From a bacterium (lineage in GTDB: Bacteria > Hinthialibacterota > Hinthialibacteria > Hinthialibacterales > Hinthialibacteraceae): a DNA stretch of 64,000 nucleotides. A program made the position numbers and the translations under genes. This document shows positions 57,467 through 64,000 of this stretch, in pieces. The notes under the pieces are model-generated. The model was not told the DNA's origin. It saw only the letters and a list, made by a program, of their open reading frames with translations, and did not search any database. Location of the stretch: NCBI GenBank assembly GCA_041946805.1, contig JBHGBC010000002.1:64001-128000 (forward strand). Reading direction: 5' to 3'. The stretch's first letter is position 1, and each line of letters opens with the position of its first letter.

Positions 57467-58765
57467 CTATTCGCGGATGTGCCCGTCTCCCAGGACGATG
57501 AATTTCTGGCAGGTGAGTTCCACCAGGCCCATCGGCCCCCGGGCGTGGAGTTTGTCCGTGGAGATGCCCATTTCGGCTCCCAGGCCATACTCGCCGCCGT
57601 CCGAGAAGCGGGTGGAAGCGTTGACCATGACCGAGGACGAATCCACTTCGCGCAGGAAACGCTGGCTGGCGGCGTAGTCATTTGTGACGATCGCGTCGGT
57701 GTGGCGGGACGAATGCCGGCCGAGGTGCTCCAGCGCCTCGTCGAGGCTTTCCACGATTTTCACGGCGACGATCAGGTCGAGATATTCGGTATCCCAATCG
57801 GCTTCCGTGGCGGGACGGACAGCGGGATAGAGGGCGCGGGTCTTTTCGCAGCCGCGCACTTCCACCCCGTGTTGGATCAAATCCTCCAGGAGATTTTTCA
57901 AAAACGCGCCGCTGTGGGCTCGATGGATCAAAAACGTCTCGGCGGCGTTACACACCCCGGGACGCTGGACTTTCGCGTTCAGGCAGATCTTGTGGGCCAT
58001 GGCGGGATCGGCGTGTTCGTCCACATACACATGACAGTTGCCGTCGTAGTGCTTGAGGACCGGGATGGTGGCCAGCTCCACGACCGTTTCGATCAGCGAT
58101 TTCCCGCCCCGGGGGATGATGACATCCACCAGGCCCCGCAAACGGCACAAGACACGCACCGCCTCGCGGTCGGTGGTCTCGATGAACGACACCGCCGCCG
58201 GGGGCAGGCCGCAATCCACCAGCGCGCCTTGCAGCAACCGCGCGAGGGCCCGGTTGGAGTGGATTGCCTCCGAGCCGCCGCGCAGCAGGCAGGCGTTGCC
58301 CGACTTGAGGCACAAGGCCGCCGCGTCGGCCGTCACGTTGGGACGCGATTCGTAGATCAGCCCGATCACTCCCAGCGGGACGCGCATCCGCCCCACGCGC
58401 ATCCCGTTGGGCCGGACGGTCATGCCGGTGATCTCGCCCACCGGATCGGGCAGCGCCGCCACTTCTTCCAGCATGACGGCGATGGCTTCCAGCCGCTTGC
58501 CGGTCAAGGCCAGGCGGTCCAGCATCGCCGCGCTCAGGCCCTTGGCCTTGCCCGCGTTCAAGTCCAGCTGATTTTGCGCCTGGAGATCGGCCTGGCGTTC
58601 GCGAATCCGGCGCGACGCTTCCAAGAGGGCCTGGTTTTTCAACCGCGTGGAGATCCGGGCCAGGGACACCGCGGCGGTCTTGGCCTCGCGCGCGGCCTCC
58701 TGAACATACGCTTCCACGTTTTGGATCGGGGGGGATTGCGTCACCGCCATGGTTTTCCTCGTCAT
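57467..58765 (-). CDS. proA: Glutamate-5-semialdehyde dehydrogenase
   Basis: VPLGVIGLIYESRPNVT, CNAAET, NASTRFSDG and KLHARGPMGL. Confidence 0.97.
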   Translation of the reverse strand: MTRKTMAVTQSPPIQNVEAYVQEAAREAKTAAVSLARISTRLKNQALLEASRRIRERQADLQAQNQLDLNAGKAKGLSAAMLDRLALTGKRLEAIAVMLEEVAALPDPVGEITGMTVRPNGMRVGRMRVPLGVIGLIYESRPNVTADAAALCLKSGNACLLRGGSEAIHSNRALARLLQGALVDCGLPPAAVSFIETTDREAVRVLCRLRGLVDVIIPRGGKSLIETVVELATIPVLKHYDGNCHVYVDEHADPAMAHKICLNAKVQRPGVCNAAETFLIHRAHSGAFLKNLLEDLIQHGVEVRGCEKTRALYPAVRPATEADWDTEYLDLIVAVKIVESLDEALEHLGRHSSRHTDAIVTNDYAASQRFLREVDSSSVMVNASTRFSDGGEYGLGAEMGISTDKLHARGPMGLVELTCQKFIVLGDGHIRE

Positions 58766-58884
58766 TCAGATCGATCGCCGGGACAGGCAATCAGCATAGG
58801 GGATTCACGGGCTTCGGACAACCCGGATGGTCCAGTCCGGATGGGCGGGCCGCGATGCGCGCATACCTCCCGGCATTTTCACTT

Positions 58885-61686
58885 TCAATACCGTTCCCGC
58901 GTGGGAAGTATACACGAAAGCCTCTTTTCCCCGCCATCCGCAAAATGCAGAATGGCCTCTGCCATTGTTCCGCGTGGAACATACTGTTCCCGGAACCGGT
59001 TGCCCGCGAAGATCCGGAAAAACATAGGGCCATCCACGGGAATGGAAAACTCCCGTTCCTGTTTGTCCCACGAATAGGTGGAGGGATCATACCTCATCAA
59101 CACGGCCTTCCAATCCTCGCTGGGCCGCGAAGACCACACGAATTCCCGGCCCGGCCCTTCCCTTCCCGGTGTGCACAAGGTGACGGCTTCCAGAGTGCGG
59201 TCCTGGCAATCCCGCCCGAGGATCAATCCGAATTCCAAATCCGCCAGGCGGTCGGCGCCCCAGCCGGTGGTTCCCACCGCGTCCAGATTCACTCCCGCGA
59301 ACCAGAGGCGGGTATCGGCTTCCGGCCGCGCGATCCATACCGCCAACATGCCGAAGGCGATCAACGCGCACATGCCAGCCGATACGGACCACGCGGGAAC
59401 CAACTTGGGAATCCCAAAACGTTCACGCGATTCGGTGGCTGAGATTCGTGGATAAACAAAACCCGCAATCAGTACTATCCCCGCTGCCAGCGAAACCAGC
59501 CGCCCGGCCCAATCCACCGGCTCCAAGACATAACGCAATTCAATCCAGCCGTTGCCCGCGGCCACGGTGATGAATTTCCCCGCGTAGGGGGATTCATAGG
59601 GACGGATGTATTCAAGGATGGGGATTTCCTTCCCATTCTCATATGCCCGCCATTTACGGTACCGCGAGATAGGAAACCGGACATGGACCGGCTGGGCGTA
59701 CCCCTCCAGATTCACCGCCATGTAGCCATACTCCATCCGTTCCAGCCGGGCCTGGCCTGTCACGGATTCCAGTATCAAAAAAGGATCGTTCCGGTAGTTG
59801 CGGTTCTCGTACAGCACATAATCATTAAAGCGATGGATTTCGTCCATGCCCGGCACAGCCAGCACCCGGGTCCGATTGCCCCGCCCGATGCAATATTTCA
59901 TGTGCGACAAGGCGGGGCTGGTCCAATCCACCCAGGCGGCGCGGGTCGATAAGACTTGCGTAGGCATATACGGAGGTGGCACGATGCCATAGCCGTAAGC
60001 GATGGGGATCACGCTCTCCATCACGTTTGAACGCACGCCGACGCGCGGGGCGCTGACCGGCAGGAAAAAGGCCGCATCGCCGGGCGGCAGCGGTCCCCGC
60101 GCCGCAATGAGCGCCATCGCCTGTTCGAAAGCCCACCGCTGGCCGGGCTCGGCTGTACCCAGCGGGAATTGCCCGTCCCGTCCGGGGACATGCGGCAGCA
60201 CGCGGGGCAAGGATTCCAGCACGGGAAGCATCCCCATCCCGGCGGCGGCCAGGAGCAACGTGGTGAACAGAGAAACGAACCCGGATGCATTCCCCGCGCC
60301 ATTTTCCGGGTGGAAAACCGGGCCGTGTATCAACCCGCTTAAACCACGGAGCCTCGCGCCGGTTTGGGCGAGCAGCGGTTGGAGCATCCCTCCCGCCAAA
60401 ATCGCTCCCCCCAATTTGGCGTAGCCGGGGAACCGGATCGAACGCACGGTATCGGCATACGCCGTCAACCACTCCGAGGGGAACCAGGAGTAAAACACAT
60501 CCTGAATCAACGCCCAGTTCACCAGGGCTGACACCGCCAATCCCATGGCCGCGGCCCGGCCGGAAACCAGCCCCCACAGACAGCCGCCGAGCATCAAGAA
60601 AGTAAACAGGGGGAGGGTGTTGACCCAGGCCGTGCCGTCCCAAATCCCCTCGGCGATCCGCCCGGGTGAGGTCAATAGCGAGCCATAAGGCTGGATCCAG
60701 TCGAAACTCGCCAGGCAAGGGATCAGCCACCAGCCGCTCAGGAGGATCCCCAATCCCACATAGAAGGCGTTCCGCAAGGCCGTATGGAGAAAGAGACGCG
60801 GATTGGGCGCGTGAAAATATAAAACGAGTGTGAGGATCGAGAGATTGGTCACCAACACCAGCAAGGAAAACACATGCGCCAGGATGGAGGCCGCCGCCAG
60901 CGCCGCCAGCAACGCCATCCAGCCGCGATGGACGGAGCGGCCAAGGGTTTCGATAAATATCAAGATGGCAAAGACCACCAAACCCCCGCTCAAGGCCATC
61001 GGCCACACGCCGATCGAAAAACAAGCCCCCCAGCCGAAGAGGTCCATGGCCCCCACGTCCAGAAGAATCAGAAGCGCGGCCGCCGCGCCGCCCGCCACGC
61101 CGAACCAATACCGCCCCGCTGTATACAAGGCTCCGATCAACAGAAACCATGAGCAAAACACGGTGGCCTTGTATGCCGCCGGGACCGTCAAAAATCCCAA
61201 CGAGAGCAGGCGCGTTACACAATACAGCATCACCCCACCAGGAGGATACAAATCGTTGAGGGGCGTCCCGGAACCGATGGCCGAGGTCCAGGGCAACAGC
61301 GTTCCCTCCCGCCTGACGGCCAGTTCGGTCAGCCAGGCGCGCAACAAATGGGTAGTGTGATCGAAGGTGGCGGGAATCTCCACCATCCATGCCGAGCGGA
61401 ACAGGTACAACGACAATCCGGTGAGGATCAGGGGAACACCGCCCTCCCGGATTCCGGATCGCGTCCAGCCAGGCGCGCGGTCCCAGACGAACAAGACCCA
61501 CCGCGGCGTCAGGGCCAACAACAGGACGAACAGCAGGGACCGGGATAGATCATGAAAGAAGGCGGGGGAGAGCAAGCCGGCGGCGATCCTCCCCTGTCCC
61601 AGGCTCCAAGCCAGGACGGCGGACAAACCGGTCAATCCGGCATGGATCCCTGCCGGATGTCTCCTCCACCAATCACGCCATGCCAT
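58885..61686 (-). CDS. Large GT-C-like membrane protein (PTPS-related / YfhO-like)
   Basis: FDHTTHL..W...GSGTPLNDLYPPG, more than 12 TM segments, and a YfhO-like C-terminal SRYRKWRAYENGKEIPI..IELRY. Confidence 0.7.
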   Translation of the reverse strand: MAWRDWWRRHPAGIHAGLTGLSAVLAWSLGQGRIAAGLLSPAFFHDLSRSLLFVLLLALTPRWVLFVWDRAPGWTRSGIREGGVPLILTGLSLYLFRSAWMVEIPATFDHTTHLLRAWLTELAVRREGTLLPWTSAIGSGTPLNDLYPPGGVMLYCVTRLLSLGFLTVPAAYKATVFCSWFLLIGALYTAGRYWFGVAGGAAAALLILLDVGAMDLFGWGACFSIGVWPMALSGGLVVFAILIFIETLGRSVHRGWMALLAALAAASILAHVFSLLVLVTNLSILTLVLYFHAPNPRLFLHTALRNAFYVGLGILLSGWWLIPCLASFDWIQPYGSLLTSPGRIAEGIWDGTAWVNTLPLFTFLMLGGCLWGLVSGRAAAMGLAVSALVNWALIQDVFYSWFPSEWLTAYADTVRSIRFPGYAKLGGAILAGGMLQPLLAQTGARLRGLSGLIHGPVFHPENGAGNASGFVSLFTTLLLAAAGMGMLPVLESLPRVLPHVPGRDGQFPLGTAEPGQRWAFEQAMALIAARGPLPPGDAAFFLPVSAPRVGVRSNVMESVIPIAYGYGIVPPPYMPTQVLSTRAAWVDWTSPALSHMKYCIGRGNRTRVLAVPGMDEIHRFNDYVLYENRNYRNDPFLILESVTGQARLERMEYGYMAVNLEGYAQPVHVRFPISRYRKWRAYENGKEIPILEYIRPYESPYAGKFITVAAGNGWIELRYVLEPVDWAGRLVSLAAGIVLIAGFVYPRISATESRERFGIPKLVPAWSVSAGMCALIAFGMLAVWIARPEADTRLWFAGVNLDAVGTTGWGADRLADLEFGLILGRDCQDRTLEAVTLCTPGREGPGREFVWSSRPSEDWKAVLMRYDPSTYSWDKQEREFSIPVDGPMFFRIFAGNRFREQYVPRGTMAEAILHFADGGEKRLSCILPTRERY

Positions 61687-62240
61687 TCCGTGAATCCCCT
61701 TCCAGCCCGGTATCTGTTATATATATCCATAACCACGCGCGCGATGTATACCCGCGCGCGGGTGATCCTATATCCTGGCGAGGCAATGATATTCATCCCC
61801 CGCATTCACAGGGTGTCGTGCCATTCCGGATGGCAGGATCCGGGCGGCCGGCGGATCGCCCCTTGTCCAATACAGTCTAGGATCCTCATCGATTTTACAA
61901 GATCCAAATGCCGTGCCTCACGCAGCGGAATCGCAGATCCAGGTGACGTCATCTCCCCCCCGGCCGGGCGGTTGCATTGAAAGCCGGATCAGAGAGGCTG
62001 TATTTTTAGACCATATAAAAATAATTGGCACGGTGCGTCCGGTCTTCCCCGCCATTTTCCCTGAAAGGACTTGCTGCCTGTTTCATTTTATTTTATTATG
62101 ACAAAGTCTGTTGATATCACAACAAAAAAGCGCGGGATCAATCCCCGCGAATCCCTTGGGATTCAGGACCGTCATCAAGGCAAACAGAACGTATTCTGTG
62201 CGCTTAAAACCAACCATATTCTGGAGAGAAGGGGGACACC

Positions 62241-63647
62241 ATGAGCGAGAACAAAGTATCTCGACGTATATTCATCCTGAGCGGCGCGGCGGCGGCCATG
62301 GCAGGCTGCGCCAGCCTGCAGAAAACCCAAACGGCAGAGACCGCGCGCCGCGGCACGCCGAGCCTGAAACGGCTGGGATATAAATCACCCAACGAAAAAC
62401 TGAACGTGGCGGCGATCGGCGCCGGCGGCAAGGGCGGCGGAGACATCGAACAATGCGCGGGCGAAAACGTCATCGCGCTGTGCGACGCCGATTGGGACAA
62501 GGCGGCGGGCTCGTTCCGCAAATTCCCGAACGCCCGGAAATACAAGGATTTCCGGGACATGCTGGACAAGGAACCGGCCATCGACGCGTGCACCATCTCG
62601 ACGCCGGACCATGTCCACGCCGTGGCCGCCATGGCCTGTATCAAGCGCGGGATCCACGTCTACGTCCAAAAACCCCTGACTCATACCGTGTACGAAGCCC
62701 GGATGCTCACCGAGGCCGCCCGCGAGTACAAAGTCGCCACCCAAATGGGCAACCAGGGCCATTCCGGCGACGGCGTGCGGGAAATGTGCGAAATGATCTG
62801 GGACGGCGCCATCGGCGATGTCCAGGAAGTCCATGCCTGGACCAACCGCCCCATCTGGCCCCAGGGAATGCTCGAAGCCTGGAAAGACGGCGTGCCCAAA
62901 CCCCTGCCCGAGGAACCGATTCCCGGCACCATGGATTGGGACGCCTGGATCGGCCCGGCGCCTTTCCGCCCCTACAACTCGGCCTACGCGCCCTTCAACT
63001 GGCGCGGCTGGTGGGATTTCGGCTGCGGCGCGCTGGGCGACATGGCGTGCCATATCCTCGATCCTGTCAACTGGGCCTTGCGGCTGACCGCCCCCATCAG
63101 CGTCGAGTGCGTCAAACAAGAACAGAACAACGACCAGACCTTCCCCACCAAGTCGATCATCAAGTATGAATTCCCGCGCCGGGGGGCCATGGGTCCCGTC
63201 ACCGTCTATTGGTATGACGGCGGGCTGATGCCCGAACGGCCCGAGGGCGTCGATCCCAACGTCCAGCTGGGGGACGGCGACAACGGCTCGCTGTTCATCG
63301 GCGCCAAGGGCATCCTCTCCACCGGGACGTACGGCGGCGGCTCGCGCATGATCGCCGGAGAAAACATGAAGGATTACAAGAAGCCCCCGCAGATCATTCC
63401 GCGGATGCCCGAGGGCGATGACGACTACCGCCAGAAGATCGATTGGATCAATGCCTGCAAGGGCGGTCCGGCGGCGGGCGCCAATTTCGATTATTCCGGC
63501 CCCTTCACCGAGTGGGTGGTGCTCGGCAACCTGGCCCTCAAGTTCCAGGGCAAACTGGAATGGGACGCGGCCCACATGAAGGTGACCAACGTCAAGGAAG
63601 CCAACGAATGGGTGAAGCGGCCCTTCCGTAAAGGCTGGTCGTTGTAA
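62241..63647 (+). CDS. Gfo/Idh/MocA family oxidoreductase with Tat (lipo)protein signal
   Basis: SRRIFI..MAGC, IGAGGKG, STPDHVH, VYVQKPL and GALGDMACH. Confidence 0.92.
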   Translation: MSENKVSRRIFILSGAAAAMAGCASLQKTQTAETARRGTPSLKRLGYKSPNEKLNVAAIGAGGKGGGDIEQCAGENVIALCDADWDKAAGSFRKFPNARKYKDFRDMLDKEPAIDACTISTPDHVHAVAAMACIKRGIHVYVQKPLTHTVYEARMLTEAAREYKVATQMGNQGHSGDGVREMCEMIWDGAIGDVQEVHAWTNRPIWPQGMLEAWKDGVPKPLPEEPIPGTMDWDAWIGPAPFRPYNSAYAPFNWRGWWDFGCGALGDMACHILDPVNWALRLTAPISVECVKQEQNNDQTFPTKSIIKYEFPRRGAMGPVTVYWYDGGLMPERPEGVDPNVQLGDGDNGSLFIGAKGILSTGTYGGGSRMIAGENMKDYKKPPQIIPRMPEGDDDYRQKIDWINACKGGPAAGANFDYSGPFTEWVVLGNLALKFQGKLEWDAAHMKVTNVKEANEWVKRPFRKGWSL

Positions 63648-63683
63648 CCGTACCGGGTTCGTACTACCTTCTCTCGAGGCAAC

Positions 63684-63709
63684 AGCCGCCGGGCGACCGG
63701 CGGTTTTTT
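63684..63709 (+). terminator. Intrinsic terminator
   Basis: agccgccgg-gcga-ccggcggtt followed by a T run. Confidence 0.75.
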
Positions 63710-64000
63710 GTTGGATACCCTTCACTCCGGCCCTTTCCCATATAAGGAAGAGGGAGGGTTGGATGTGTTACGCGGCGCCAATCCATCCTACTTTTTCACC
63801 CCCTCCACACCTCCTCCAATCTGTGGGGGAAGGAATCCGAAAAAACCAGAAGGACATGGCAGGGGCAATATGCCCACACCACAAAAAGACCGGTCGGGGG
63901 GGGTAAAATAGGCCCAAATAGGCAAAAAAAGGGTGGGAAACGAGTTTCCCACCGGTCACAATCAGGACATCCTTGGGTAGGGATGTTTTGAGATCCGTGG

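Noticed and set aside
57467..58765. proA-nadD without adjacent proB
   Set aside because: proA-nadD linkage is common and proB may lie elsewhere. Not informative from one window.

Overview
A 64-kb, GC-rich (visibly ~60%+) chromosomal window from a diderm bacterium, probably a poorly characterised lineage; the taxonomy is inference only. Housekeeping genes include zur-znuACB, an RNase E/G, ackA, prs, leuA under a leucine T-box, ppiD, pheA-tyrA, smg, tRNA-Lys(CUU), psd, nadD and proA. Secreted glycan-degrading proteins include two Asp-box sialidase-like proteins, an oligogalacturonate-lyase-like protein, a DUF5060/GH protein and a three-module hydrolase. Envelope-glycan genes include an SLBB export protein, a phosphoglycosyltransferase with reversed domain order, Wzx, a nucleotidyltransferase, WecA and two GT-C proteins. 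There are four small AT-richer inserts: (i) a 328-aa unknown protein coupled to a frameshifted VapC/PIN toxin, (ii) a DUF362 gene, (iii) a RelE-type TA pair with a dead toxin, and (iv) a BglII/BstYI-like nuclease plus MT-A70 methyltransferase. Intergenic spaces carry several REP-like palindrome families, some as composite units. No CRISPR array, integrase, transposase or rRNA was seen. The best candidates for undescribed biology are the oversized antitoxin-PIN module, a short C-terminal motif shared by unrelated secreted proteins (possible sorting signal), and a Leu-codon-rich uORF between the T-box and leuA. All family assignments come from motif recognition by eye, not database searches.
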